DNA of 64,000 bases from a bacterium (lineage in GTDB: Bacteria > RBG-13-61-14 > DATKZS01), in contig CAXXFL010000002.1 in the NCBI GenBank assembly GCA_963674965.2, positions 576,001 to 640,000 of the forward strand. The letters are read 5' to 3'. The position numbers and the translations under genes are program-made. Shown here piece after piece: positions 13,224 to 22,915 of this stretch. The notes under the pieces are model-generated. The model saw nothing but the letters and a program-made list of their open reading frames with translations, was not told the origin of the DNA and ran no database searches. Within the stretch, counting starts at the first letter, position 1. Every line of letters starts with the position of its first letter.

Positions 13224-13763
13224 TCACATCGAGGGCTCGATAAGGCCGTAGTGACCGTCGGGCCTTCTGTAAAGGACGCAAACCACCATGCTGTCCTGGT
13301 TGACGAAAACCAGAAAGTCGTCGGAGCCGTCCTCCAATAGAAGAATGGCGTCCTCGATGGACATGGGCTTGGGAACGAACCTGTCGTCCCTTATTACCTC
13401 GGGCTCGAAGCCCTCCTTGGCCGGTTCCCCCTCGGGGCCGCGGTAAACGACGAAGCCGCCGTCGCCGCCTTTTTTCCTGTCCTTGATTTTCTTTCTATGC
13501 TTGGCCGCCTGCTTGTCGAGCTTGTCAAGGGCCATGTCGATCGAGTTGCGAAGGTCCTGCGTCTCCTCCTTGCCCACCAGGGTGACGTTGTCGGCCTTAA
13601 TGCTTATTTCGGCCAGGCGCCTGAATTTCTCGGCCGTGAGCACAACCTGGCCCTCCTGGGGCCTTTTGAAGTATTTCTCGGCCAGCCTGCTCGTTTTTTC
13701 CTCCACGTACGCCCGGACGTCCTCATCCACTTCCATGTGTCTGAAGGTAACGATAACTTTCAT
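13224..13763 (-). CDS. hpf: Ribosome hibernation promoting factor (long HPF)
   Basis: S30AE N-terminal domain plus C-terminal KPMSxEDA...VLYRRxDGxYGLIEP. Confidence 0.93.
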   Translation of the reverse strand: MKVIVTFRHMEVDEDVRAYVEEKTSRLAEKYFKRPQEGQVVLTAEKFRRLAEISIKADNVTLVGKEETQDLRNSIDMALDKLDKQAAKHRKKIKDRKKGGDGGFVVYRGPEGEPAKEGFEPEVIRDDRFVPKPMSIEDAILLLEDGSDDFLVFVNQDSMVVCVLYRRPDGHYGLIEPSM

Positions 13764-13805
13764 TTCCTGTTCCTCTCCTTCAATATATGCCCGACCCGCG
13801 GGCCG

Positions 13806-15233
13806 TTATATCAGGCGCTTTCTCTTGGCCGACGAAAGTATACCGAGCATCTCGCGATATTTCGTGACCGTGCGCCTGGCTATATCGATCTGATAATCCT
13901 TTAGCTTCCTTACTATTTCCTGGTCGGACAGGGGCTTTTTCGGGTCCTCGTTCTCGATGATCTGCTTTATCTTGTCCTTGACCGACTCGGCGGCCACCTC
14001 TCCCCCCTCGGTGGTGCTCACCTTGGAATTGAAGAAAAACTTGAGGGGAAAGATGCCCTGGGGGGTGTAAACGTATTTGTTGGTGGTGACCCTGCTGACG
14101 GTCGACTCGTGCATGTCGATGTCCTGGGCCACGTCGCGGAGCACCATCGGCTTGAGATGGGCGATGCCCCTCTCGAAGAAGTCCCTCTGGTGCTTGAGTA
14201 TGGACTCGGTGACCTTGTAAATAGTCCTTTGCCGCTGGTGAAGGCTCCTTATCAGCCAAACGGCGCTCCTGAGCTTTTCCTGGATATATTCGCGGGTGAC
14301 CTCGGAGTCCTTGGACTTCTCCAGGAGAAGGCGCCTGTAATAGGGGCTGACCTTCAACTTGGGCATGCCGTCCTCGTTGAGAACGATGGCGAAGTCGTCC
14401 CCCACCTTGTAGATGTAAATGTCGGGGGTTATATACTCGGCCCGCTCCTCGGCGAAGGGCCTGCCGGGCTTGGGCTCGAGGCCCTGGATGATCTTGACCG
14501 CCTCCCTTACCCGGGGCACGGCCACCTTGAGGGCCCGGGCGATGGTTTTGTAGTCCTTGTTCTCGAGCCGGCTTATGTGCTCCTTGATGATCCGGGGAAC
14601 GATGGGGTCGATCCTGTCGAACTGCTTGATCTGAAGAAGCAGGCACTCCTGGAGGTCACGGGCGGCCACGCCGATGGGGTCGAAGGCCTGGACCTTGGCC
14701 AGGACGGCCTCGGCCTTCTTGCGGTCCACCCCCGCCTCCTGGGCGATCAGGTCCAGGCTGGTGGTGAGGTAGCCGTCGTCGTTCAAGTTGCCTATTATCA
14801 TGCCGGCGATTTTTTCCTCGCCCAGGGTGAAGTTGCTGAGCTTGATCTGCCACAGCAGGTGGTCGGCCAGGCGGATGGGCTGGCTGAGAGTGGCGTCGAC
14901 TGAGGGAAGGTCCTCGTCTCGAAGCGGCTTTCTGGAGCCCGTGTACTGGAAGTCGTCGAACTCGTCGAGGAATTTTTCCCAGTCGATGGTGTCGTAGCTG
15001 TCCTCGTCCTTTTGGGGGGCCTCGCCCTCGGCCTCGTCCGAGTGGCGGGCCGTCTCCGGCTCGAGCTCGGCCTCCTGCAGTTCCTCGAGCACGGGGTTCT
15101 CCATCATCTCCTGGTTGATGGCGTCGGTCAGCTCGAGCCGGGAAAGCTGTAGCAGCTTGATGGCCTGCTGGAGCTGAGGCGTCATGACCAGTTGCTGGGC
15201 GAGTTTTACGCTTTGCTTGAGTTCGATCGCCAT
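13806..15233 (-). CDS. rpoN: RNA polymerase sigma-54 factor
   Basis: MTPQLQQAIKLLQL, HESTVSR and the RpoN box ARRTVTKYRE. Start is ATG 15233. Confidence 0.98.
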   Translation of the reverse strand: MAIELKQSVKLAQQLVMTPQLQQAIKLLQLSRLELTDAINQEMMENPVLEELQEAELEPETARHSDEAEGEAPQKDEDSYDTIDWEKFLDEFDDFQYTGSRKPLRDEDLPSVDATLSQPIRLADHLLWQIKLSNFTLGEEKIAGMIIGNLNDDGYLTTSLDLIAQEAGVDRKKAEAVLAKVQAFDPIGVAARDLQECLLLQIKQFDRIDPIVPRIIKEHISRLENKDYKTIARALKVAVPRVREAVKIIQGLEPKPGRPFAEERAEYITPDIYIYKVGDDFAIVLNEDGMPKLKVSPYYRRLLLEKSKDSEVTREYIQEKLRSAVWLIRSLHQRQRTIYKVTESILKHQRDFFERGIAHLKPMVLRDVAQDIDMHESTVSRVTTNKYVYTPQGIFPLKFFFNSKVSTTEGGEVAAESVKDKIKQIIENEDPKKPLSDQEIVRKLKDYQIDIARRTVTKYREMLGILSSAKRKRLI

Positions 15234-15237
15234 CGAC

Positions 15238-16089
15238 TTACCTTTCTTCCTTGTCTGAGACGTAAGGCCCGGTATCCCTCCGGCCGTCGCCGCGGCGGGG
15301 AGCAATAAGCTCGAAGTCCTCCCCGAGGTAATGCTTCCTCGCCATCTCATCGTCAGCGATCTGGCGGGGCGTGCCCGAGATCATGACCCTGCCCTCGTGT
15401 ATGATGGTGGCCCGCTCGACTATGCGAAGGGTCTCCTGCACGTTATGGTCGGTTATGAGCACGCCTATGCCCATCGAGCTTAGATCGCTCACTATCTTTT
15501 GGATGTCGGCCACGGCGATAGGGTCCACGCCCGCGAAGGGCTCGTCCATTAAAATAATCTTGGGCTGGGTCACCAGGCTCCGGGCGATCTCGACCCGGCG
15601 GCGCTCGCCGCCCGAGAGGGTGATGGCCTTGTTCTTCCTTAAATGGGACACGCCCAGCCTTTCCATCAGCTTCTCGACCCGGGCCTTCCTGTCCGCCTTT
15701 GACAGGGCAAGAGACTCGGCCACGGCCATCAGGTTGTCGTGGACCGACAGTCCTTTGAATATCGAGGCCTCCTGGGGAAGGTAGCTGATGCCCTTCCTGG
15801 CCCTCTTGTACATGGGAAGACCGGTGATCTCCTCGCCGTCGAGAGTGACCCTTCCTCCCTCCGCCTGGATCACGCCCACGACCATGTAAAAGCTGGTGGT
15901 CTTGCCCGCCCCGTTGGGGCCGAGAAGGCCGGCTATCTCGCCCGGCCTGACCGAGAAGCTCACGCCGTCCACCACGCGCCTTCCCCGGTAGGCCTTGACC
16001 AGCCCCACCGCCTCGAGGCCCTTTTCCAGGCCGCGGGAGAGGCCCGCCGCGTCCGCGGGTCCGCGCTCGATGGGGGTGGAAGCCGTCAT
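15238..16089 (-). CDS. lptB: LPS export ABC ATPase
   Basis: GPNGAGKT, YLPQEASIF, LSGGERRRVEIAR, DEPFAGVDP, ITDHN. Confidence 0.96.
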   Translation of the reverse strand: MTASTPIERGPADAAGLSRGLEKGLEAVGLVKAYRGRRVVDGVSFSVRPGEIAGLLGPNGAGKTTSFYMVVGVIQAEGGRVTLDGEEITGLPMYKRARKGISYLPQEASIFKGLSVHDNLMAVAESLALSKADRKARVEKLMERLGVSHLRKNKAITLSGGERRRVEIARSLVTQPKIILMDEPFAGVDPIAVADIQKIVSDLSSMGIGVLITDHNVQETLRIVERATIIHEGRVMISGTPRQIADDEMARKHYLGEDFELIAPRRGDGRRDTGPYVSDKEER

Positions 16090-16096
16090 GCCCTCT

Positions 16097-16633
16097 TCAC
16101 TCGCTCTCCCTGGTGGCGCTTTTTTTCCTTTTGCCGGGCTCGCCCGGCGCGCCCTCCTCCGGGGCCCACTCGACGCGGGGGTCGCTGATTTTAAAACGCT
16201 CGGTGTCCATAAAATAAGTCATGGTCTTGCCCGTTACTATCTGTTTTCCCTGGACCACGCGGGGCCGGCCCAAAAGGTATATGGTCCTCTGGGCGTTGTC
16301 CATTAAAAGACGGTCGCAGGTGGCGAAGGCGTCGTCCATGCTGACCTTTACCACGCCGGTGGCCTCGAGGGTGATCAAGGTACCGTCGGGAGCGTAATGC
16401 ACGTCGATCCTTTCAGCGTAAATGACCCGCTCTCCCTGCTTGGCCCGCACGTGGCCGAAAAAGCGAATCTTGCCGCCGGACATCTCGGCCTCCATCCGGT
16501 CGGCCTTGACGTCCACCGGCGTCTTGTCGTTCGACTTGAACCCCTTGAAAGGTCCGGGCGGCGCCTCGGTCTGGGCCATGGCCAGGGCCGCCGCCATAAA
16601 GATAATAACCGATATGAAAAGCCTGAGCCTCAT
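16097..16633 (-). CDS. lptA: LptA/OstA family periplasmic LPS transport protein
   Basis: Signal peptide, OstA-like beta repeats and position between lptC and lptB. Confidence 0.85.
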   Translation of the reverse strand: MRLRLFISVIIFMAAALAMAQTEAPPGPFKGFKSNDKTPVDVKADRMEAEMSGGKIRFFGHVRAKQGERVIYAERIDVHYAPDGTLITLEATGVVKVSMDDAFATCDRLLMDNAQRTIYLLGRPRVVQGKQIVTGKTMTYFMDTERFKISDPRVEWAPEEGAPGEPGKRKKSATRESE

Positions 16634-17478
16634 TATTTTTCCTTTTTCCCGCCTTTTTCCACCGTGGCCGACTTGGCACGGAGACCGGGCGGCTTTGTTC
16701 CCTTCAGGCCGGACAGGCCCTTCTCCATCACCAAATGAACCGATTCCCTTACCACGACGTAGTTCGTTTTAAGCTCGGCGTCCATTCCCCTGCCCTCCAG
16801 GGTCCAGCCCTGGCCGACGATCCGGACGTCGGCGTCGGTACTGGCCGTCTCCTTGCCCGCGTCGTAGTCCAGCCAGTCGGTGAAAAGCTCGACCCCGCCG
16901 CTCCACCGGCAGCGGACGTCCCGCTCGAGTCGCATGGTGCGGGGCTTGATATCGTATCGGCCTTGCCCGCCCTTTATGGCCACCGAGTCGCCGCTCTCGG
17001 GATGGATCGTTCCCTCTACTCCGCCGATGAAGAAGGAATCCCTCGCCTTGCGGTAGGAGGCCGTGTCTCCCGAGATGGTCCACTCGAGGCGGCCGGTCTT
17101 GCTCATGGAAACGTTCACGTCCCCGACCAGCTCGAAGTCCTCGCTGCTCTCGAAGTAGCCGCCCCGGTCGCCCACGATATCGACCGTGCCTCCTTGTTCC
17201 ACCGGCACCTCGGCCAGGGGCCTTTCCACCTCGACCCGCCCGGCCGCGTCGTAATAAGATATGCCCCGGCTTCGCATGGTCCAGGTTATCTTGCCCCGCT
17301 CGCTGGAGGTGACCAGGGATTTGCCCTCGAGGGCCACCTGTACCCCCTCGGGAAGCACCGGCCGTCTTTCCCCTCCCGCCGAGACCTCGGGGGGCTTGGA
17401 AAGCCGGTAAAGCAATACCGCCAGCGCGGCCACGCCCGCGAGAATCGCGGCCAGAATCAGGGCTTCTTTAAATCTCAT
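16633..17478 (-). CDS. lptC: LptC-like LPS export protein (elongated)
   Basis: N-terminal TM anchor, beta-jellyroll-like repeats and synteny with lptAB. Confidence 0.75.
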   Translation of the reverse strand: MRFKEALILAAILAGVAALAVLLYRLSKPPEVSAGGERRPVLPEGVQVALEGKSLVTSSERGKITWTMRSRGISYYDAAGRVEVERPLAEVPVEQGGTVDIVGDRGGYFESSEDFELVGDVNVSMSKTGRLEWTISGDTASYRKARDSFFIGGVEGTIHPESGDSVAIKGGQGRYDIKPRTMRLERDVRCRWSGGVELFTDWLDYDAGKETASTDADVRIVGQGWTLEGRGMDAELKTNYVVVRESVHLVMEKGLSGLKGTKPPGLRAKSATVEKGGKKEK

Positions 17479-17593
17479 TCAATTTTCGCGACGGCGCCAA
17501 CCGCGGCAATATCTCCTAAAGGGAGTATAACATCTAGAAAAAATTCTGTAAAACTTTTATACTGGCATGAAGGGACCAAGGCGGGTATAAGCC

Positions 17594-18154
17594 ATGAAAT
17601 CAAGCTTCGCCAAAAGGGAGGATTTAGTGGAAGAACGGATCGCGCAAAAGGCCTCGAGGATCAGGCTCCTTTTACTGGACGTGGACGGAGTCCTCACGGA
17701 CGGCCAGATTTACTACGGCAAGGACGGCGAGGCCATCAAGCCTTTCAACGTCAAGGACGGGAGCTCGATCGTCTGGCTCAAGCGAGCGGGCATCGAGGTG
17801 GGGATACTCACGGGCCGCGTCAGTCCTCAAGTGGACGCCCGCGCCCGCGACCTGAAAATAACGACGGTTATCCAGGGCGCCTTAAGAAAGCTGCCCATCT
17901 TCGAGGAGTTCCTTAAAACCTCGGGCATGGACCCCGAGCATATCGCCTACATGGGGGACGACCTTCACGACCTGCCCGTGCTCAAAAGGGTGGGGCTCGC
18001 CATGGCCCCGGCCGACGCGATCCAAGCGGTAAGGGACGCCGCGCACTGGACCGCCCCCAGCCCCGGCGGGAAAGGGGCCGTCAGGGAGGCGGCCGAGTTG
18101 ATACTGAAGGCGACGGGAAAATGGGATGAGGTGACCGCCATTTACCATGAGTGA
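17594..18154 (+). CDS. kdsC: KDO 8-phosphate phosphatase (HAD family)
   Basis: LDVDGVLTDG, FNVKDG, GDDLHD, GGKGAVRE. Confidence 0.95.
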   Translation: MKSSFAKREDLVEERIAQKASRIRLLLLDVDGVLTDGQIYYGKDGEAIKPFNVKDGSSIVWLKRAGIEVGILTGRVSPQVDARARDLKITTVIQGALRKLPIFEEFLKTSGMDPEHIAYMGDDLHDLPVLKRVGLAMAPADAIQAVRDAAHWTAPSPGGKGAVREAAELILKATGKWDEVTAIYHE

Positions 18155-18258
18155 TAAATATCTCAATTTTTGTTGCATTCATTGATAGGTTTAGTATTAT
18201 TTTTACAAATCAATAACGTGCTATTTATGCTTTCGTCAAGTTTTAGAGGAGATATTAT

Positions 18259-19044
18259 ATGAAAAATATTAAGTGCATTTTTATTCTGGCCATTTTATCC
18301 GTTCCCTTTTTGGTTATGGGCTGCTCCTTGATATCCGAAGTAGTAGATGACGTGGCGGAAATCGCTTTTGGTGAAGATAGCAACTCGAGTGGATCAACTC
18401 AAAAACCACAACAAAGATACTTCCCAGTGACTGATGATAAACTCAATGATCCAGACAATTGGCGTTGTTATACATGCCCCCGGTGTAAAGGAGGAGGTTG
18501 CTATTACGAATGTTATCAGCAGAATATTCAATCCGGCGGAGGATACGCACCTTGCGAAAATTTAAATTTCGCCAGCGGATGGTGCTATCCTGGAACCGCC
18601 AGGACCGGCATATGTCCCATTTGTGGAGGCAAAGGCAAAGTTTGTGAAAAAAAACAAACGTCCCAACAAGCGACAACTAATACCAGTAATGGCTGCAAAT
18701 ATGAAACCTGTCCCATGTGTGGTGGCAGCGGCGGTTATTGCAGGTCAGGGTCAAAGGATTGCACCAAATTTTCAAGCGATTTTTTAAAATGTAGTAAATG
18801 CAACGGTAGCGGAAAAATTAAAATTTGTGGAAATGGCAAGACTTCCACTCCGAAGAAACAAGTAATCACCGTTACTAAGAACGCTAATATTCGTAGCGGA
18901 CCTGGCACAAACTATAGTATCCTGGGAACTCTTAAACCTGGCGTAAATGTAAACCTAATTAATGAAAAAGGAGAATGGGTTGAAATAGAGTATAGTAGCG
19001 GAAAAAGAGGCTGGATACATTCAAGCTTAGTTGCATACTACTAA
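18259..19044 (+). CDS. Cys-rich lipoprotein with CxxCxGxG repeats and C-terminal SH3b domain
   Basis: Lipobox VMGC; four CxxCxGxG motifs; ANIRSGPGT...W...GWI SH3b signature; AT-rich DNA. Confidence 0.8.
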   Translation: MKNIKCIFILAILSVPFLVMGCSLISEVVDDVAEIAFGEDSNSSGSTQKPQQRYFPVTDDKLNDPDNWRCYTCPRCKGGGCYYECYQQNIQSGGGYAPCENLNFASGWCYPGTARTGICPICGGKGKVCEKKQTSQQATTNTSNGCKYETCPMCGGSGGYCRSGSKDCTKFSSDFLKCSKCNGSGKIKICGNGKTSTPKKQVITVTKNANIRSGPGTNYSILGTLKPGVNVNLINEKGEWVEIEYSSGKRGWIHSSLVAYY

Positions 19045-19104
19045 CTCAAACGGTTAAAATTACGCGCGTATAACTAATCAAGCGCGTGGCATGCATTATT
19101 GAAT

Positions 19105-19677
19105 TTATATAATCTCCGCCATTTTCAGGAGATTGGCGGCGAAGTCCACTCCTTCCTCTCTGGACCTCTCGAGCCGTATGACGATCAGGGGTTTGCCGTC
19201 CTTTTCGTCGAACCCCATTGAGGTCCCTTTTTCCGGGAAGACGCGGCTGGCGCCGAGGGTCATGCATTTTTTGGGGACGCTGAGCCCATGCAAGGTTTCG
19301 GCCTCCGGCAAAAGGGAAGGAGAAAGATAAAGGACGCTGACGCCCTTTTCGTCCAGCCATTTCGCCAGATTCTCTTCCCCATCGTATTTCTTTATTACCG
19401 TATCATGGTCCAAACCGTTTATCTTTTTGCCTTTATAGGCGTCAAAGGAAGATTTCAACTCCTCGGCGTGGCCGAGGTCGGCGTCGGAATAAATCAGTCC
19501 TATCACTACTTTGCCGCCGGAGCGGGCCTCGAGGTTGCGGTCGAAGGTCAGCACTTTCAAAGTAAGCACGGCGACCGTGTCCGAACTCACGGATTGATTG
19601 GCATGGGCCCCGGGGGCCATGCCCGAGAACGCCAGGGCAACAAAGGTCAAAAGCGCGAACGATATTATTTTTTTCAA
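19105..19677 (-). CDS. YfiR/HmsC-like periplasmic protein
   Basis: Signal peptide; KVLTFDRNL and C-terminal GVDFAANLLKMA resemble the YfiR (DUF4154) family; TTG start with GGAGG RBS. Confidence 0.7.
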   Translation of the reverse strand: MKKIISFALLTFVALAFSGMAPGAHANQSVSSDTVAVLTLKVLTFDRNLEARSGGKVVIGLIYSDADLGHAEELKSSFDAYKGKKINGLDHDTVIKKYDGEENLAKWLDEKGVSVLYLSPSLLPEAETLHGLSVPKKCMTLGASRVFPEKGTSMGFDEKDGKPLIVIRLERSREEGVDFAANLLKMAEII

Positions 19678-19937
19678 TTCTCCTCCCTCCGCGTAAGCGC
19701 CGATATGGTGGAGTCAAATAGCGCGTTTATTTACTGCTAACGCCTTATAGAGCAAATATCGTGCTAAGGAAAGAAAAATATAGATAAAATATATTTTTGT
19801 TTAAAAACGGCGGCTTGTCAGAAAATAAAACGGATTCGGGCTTGATGAGCCAATTTTCGTGCCGCCAATATGGAATGTTATTCCATCGGAGTGCATCTTT
19901 TTGTGTCACCCTGGTGGCGACGAGGGAATTTTTAACG

Positions 19938-21338
19938 CTATCTTCTTCTCGGGACCCCTTTCTCAAGGGTCTTTGTCCAATTTTTCAGCCTGTTTCCAAG
20001 GTCTTCGGCCACGTCGGGATAAAGTTTCCTGACGTCGAAAGACTCGCTTGGATCGATCTCCATATCGAAAAGCATGGGACCTTTTTTCATGACCGAGTAG
20101 TTCGCGGTCCAGCAGGAGTGCCTCTTATGGTATTTCCAGCGCGGTGTCCTTATGCCCACTATCTTGTCGGCCCCGAGTCCGCCGTGGAAATAGAGTTCTT
20201 CATGGGGAGTGTCCGACTTTCCCGCGAGCATGGGCAAAATATTCTTGCCGTCGATGGGCCGGTCGCCGGGCGGCTCCAGCCCGGCCAGGGAAAGGGACGT
20301 GGTGAAAAGGTCGATATTCATGGCCATCTGGCCGCTGACCGAGCCTGGCGGAATTATTCCGGGAAGGCGGGCTATGCCCGGCACTCTTTGTCCTCCGTCG
20401 AAAAACGATCCTTTCCTGCCGCGTATCCCGGCGGTCCTGCCCTCATACCAGGGGCCGTTGTCCGAGGTGAAGAAAACAAAGGTATTGTCGGAGATGCCGT
20501 GTTGGTCGAGCCGGTCCAAAACCTCGCCCACGCTCCAGTCCAGTTCCTCGACGCAGTCTCCGTACGGACCTCCCCTGGACCTTCCCCTGAACTCGGGCGA
20601 GGCGTGGAGGGGAATGTGGGGGAAAGTGTGGGGCATGTATAAAAGGAAGGGACGGTCATGGTTCTCGTCTATCCAGGCGATGGCCTCCTCGGTGTATTTC
20701 CGGGTGAGATAGTTTTGGTCAACCGGGCTTTTCTCGATGATCTCGTCGTTACGATAGAGGGGAAGAGGGGTCATGTCGTTGGAGTAATGAAGCCCCATGA
20801 AATGGTCGAAGCCCCTGTGGTTGGGCCGGTACCTTTTCATGTCGCCCAGGTGCCACTTGCCTATGCAGCAGGTCTTGTAGCCCGCCTCCCCTACCAGCTC
20901 GGCCAGGGTCAGCTCGTTGACGTTCATGCCCGGTCCCACCATGTTAACGGCGTGGATAAAGGGAGTGGCGGGGTTGCGGATCGGAAAGTAAACTCCTCGA
21001 ATCCCGATCCGGGATGGATACCTTCCCGTCAGAAGTCCGCCACGCGACGGCGAGCACACGGCGGCGCTCGAGTAGAAGGAGGTCAGCCTCACTCCATCCT
21101 CGGCCAGTCCGTCCAGGTTGGGCGTCGAGATGGACTCGCAGCCGTAGCAGCCCAGGTCTCCGTAGCCCATGTCGTCGGCCATAATGATCACGATGTTGGG
21201 CCGAGACGAAACGGAATCGTCCCCCCGCGCCCGGCGCGAGAAAGCCCCGGCCGAAACTCCGGCCCCCGCGGCCAACGCCGTCTTGATAAAGCCCCGCCTT
21301 GGATAGCCTGGTCCCTTCCCGTTTTGTTTTTCCTTCAT
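19938..21338 (-). CDS. Tat-exported arylsulfatase-family sulfatase
   Basis: RRGFIK Tat motif, ADDMG, CSPSR formylglycine motif, GKWHLG, SDNG. Confidence 0.95.
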   Translation of the reverse strand: MKEKQNGKGPGYPRRGFIKTALAAGAGVSAGAFSRRARGDDSVSSRPNIVIIMADDMGYGDLGCYGCESISTPNLDGLAEDGVRLTSFYSSAAVCSPSRGGLLTGRYPSRIGIRGVYFPIRNPATPFIHAVNMVGPGMNVNELTLAELVGEAGYKTCCIGKWHLGDMKRYRPNHRGFDHFMGLHYSNDMTPLPLYRNDEIIEKSPVDQNYLTRKYTEEAIAWIDENHDRPFLLYMPHTFPHIPLHASPEFRGRSRGGPYGDCVEELDWSVGEVLDRLDQHGISDNTFVFFTSDNGPWYEGRTAGIRGRKGSFFDGGQRVPGIARLPGIIPPGSVSGQMAMNIDLFTTSLSLAGLEPPGDRPIDGKNILPMLAGKSDTPHEELYFHGGLGADKIVGIRTPRWKYHKRHSCWTANYSVMKKGPMLFDMEIDPSESFDVRKLYPDVAEDLGNRLKNWTKTLEKGVPRRR

Positions 21339-21681
21339 CGGCGTCCCTTTCTCTCGCCAATTTATTGGAGGACTTAAATCGCAACCGATTATGGGCCTCT
21401 TGAAAACCACGCCGGTTTTTCCAGCGTGAAATTACTTATCGAAAACGCCAGACCGGCTTCCGCCAGGCCATGGGGCGCGATAATCTTCAACCGGGTGAAC
21501 GGCGCGGGGCCCGTCCTCCAAAAATTCTCGACGCGGCGAATCAAACCGATGAATGAAACCGAGTCGCAATTTACGCGGCCCTCTTTGCCAAGGGGCGAGA
21601 CCTCTGTTAATTTATTATAGTTGCGCGTGAGTTACAATCCCTCGCGGATTTGCTCCATCAATGAACGGGAAGGGGAAAAAA

Positions 21682-21870
21682 ATGGGTCTTGATCCTATCC
21701 TTCTGGAAAAACTGGTTTGCCCCAAATGCAAGGGCGAGCTTTCGGTTTTCGGCGACGACGAGGGGCTTGACTGCAAGGCCTGCGGTCTCAGATACCCGGT
21801 CGAGAAGTACGGCGAGGACGTATGGGTCCCGAACATGATCATCGAGCACGCCAAGCCCGTCGGGGAATAA
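21682..21870 (+). CDS. Trm112/YcaR family small protein
   Basis: LVCPKCKG...CKAC...YPV...VPNM pattern; LPS gene context. Confidence 0.85.
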   Translation: MGLDPILLEKLVCPKCKGELSVFGDDEGLDCKACGLRYPVEKYGEDVWVPNMIIEHAKPVGE

Positions 21871-21874
21871 AGCC

Positions 21875-22915
21875 TTGGAGGAACTGGGCGACGATCCCGC
21901 CGTTTTGCTGGTCAACACGGCTTTCCTGGGCGACGTCATTCTCTGTACTCCGCTCCTTCGCGCCCTCAAGGCCAAATACCCGGGCGGCGCGCTCACCTTC
22001 ATGGGAACGCCCGCGGGTTGCGAGACCCTCCGGGGAGTTCCCTTTATCGACGACTTGATCCCCTTTGACAAGCGCGGGGGAGAACAGGGCAGAAGGGGGA
22101 CCATCGAGAAGGCCGGGCAATTGAGGGAGAGGGCCTTCGACCTGGCCATCTCCACCCATCCCAGCGCTCGAGCGGCCGTTCTTCTCGCCATGGCCGGAAT
22201 AAAAAGGCGCGTGGGCTTCGCCACCTCCGACCTTCCCTGGCTTTACCACGAGCGGGTCCCTCGCTTTCCCGACGTCCATGAGGTCGAAAGGGACCTGGCG
22301 CTTCTCGGTCCGCTGGGAGGTCCACCCGCTGGTTTCAGGCCGGACCTCAGCCTCGCCCGGCCGGAAACCGGAGTCGGGCGGGACTACATCGGCAATGCCT
22401 CGAGGCCCAGGATAGCCCTGTGCCCGGGCAGCGTGTGGCCCACCAAGAGGTGGCGCGCCGCCGGTTTCGCCAGGGTCGCCGATATTCTTCTCGACCGGAC
22501 GGGCGGAACGGTTTTCATTATCGGCTCGAGGGAGGACGAGGCGGCGGCGGCCGAGGTCGAGGCCCTCTCCTCGAAAAAGGTGGCCAACCTGGCGGGAAAA
22601 ACGAGCCTCAAGGAATGGATGGGCCTCATGGCCGGCATGGACCTTATAGTGACCAACGACAGCGCTCCCACCCATATAGCGGGGGCCTATAACGTTCCGG
22701 TGGTGGTTGTATACGGGCCCACCGCGGCGGGGCAGGGGTTTTATCCTCGCGGCCCCGGCGCGGTGGTCGAGGTCCATGACCTCAAGTGCCGGCCATGCGG
22801 AAGACACGGGTCCAAGCGCTGCCCGGAGGGGCACTTCAAATGCATGGAGCTGATTTCCCCCGAGGAGGTGGCCGGGGCCGCCATGCGTCTCCTGAAGGAG
22901 GCGGACAATAAATGA
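21875..22915 (+). CDS. waaF: LPS heptosyltransferase (GT9)
   Basis: FLGDVIL, PGSVWPTKRW, NDSAPTHIA, YGPT. Confidence 0.85.
   Translation: MEELGDDPAVLLVNTAFLGDVILCTPLLRALKAKYPGGALTFMGTPAGCETLRGVPFIDDLIPFDKRGGEQGRRGTIEKAGQLRERAFDLAISTHPSARAAVLLAMAGIKRRVGFATSDLPWLYHERVPRFPDVHEVERDLALLGPLGGPPAGFRPDLSLARPETGVGRDYIGNASRPRIALCPGSVWPTKRWRAAGFARVADILLDRTGGTVFIIGSREDEAAAAEVEALSSKKVANLAGKTSLKEWMGLMAGMDLIVTNDSAPTHIAGAYNVPVVVVYGPTAAGQGFYPRGPGAVVEVHDLKCRPCGRHGSKRCPEGHFKCMELISPEEVAGAAMRLLKEADNK

Noticed and set aside
19750-19870. sigma54 promoter candidates upstream of the YfiR-like gene
   Set aside because: Each candidate misses one invariant dinucleotide (TAGCAC...TTGC lacks GG; CGGCAC...TTGG lacks GC).
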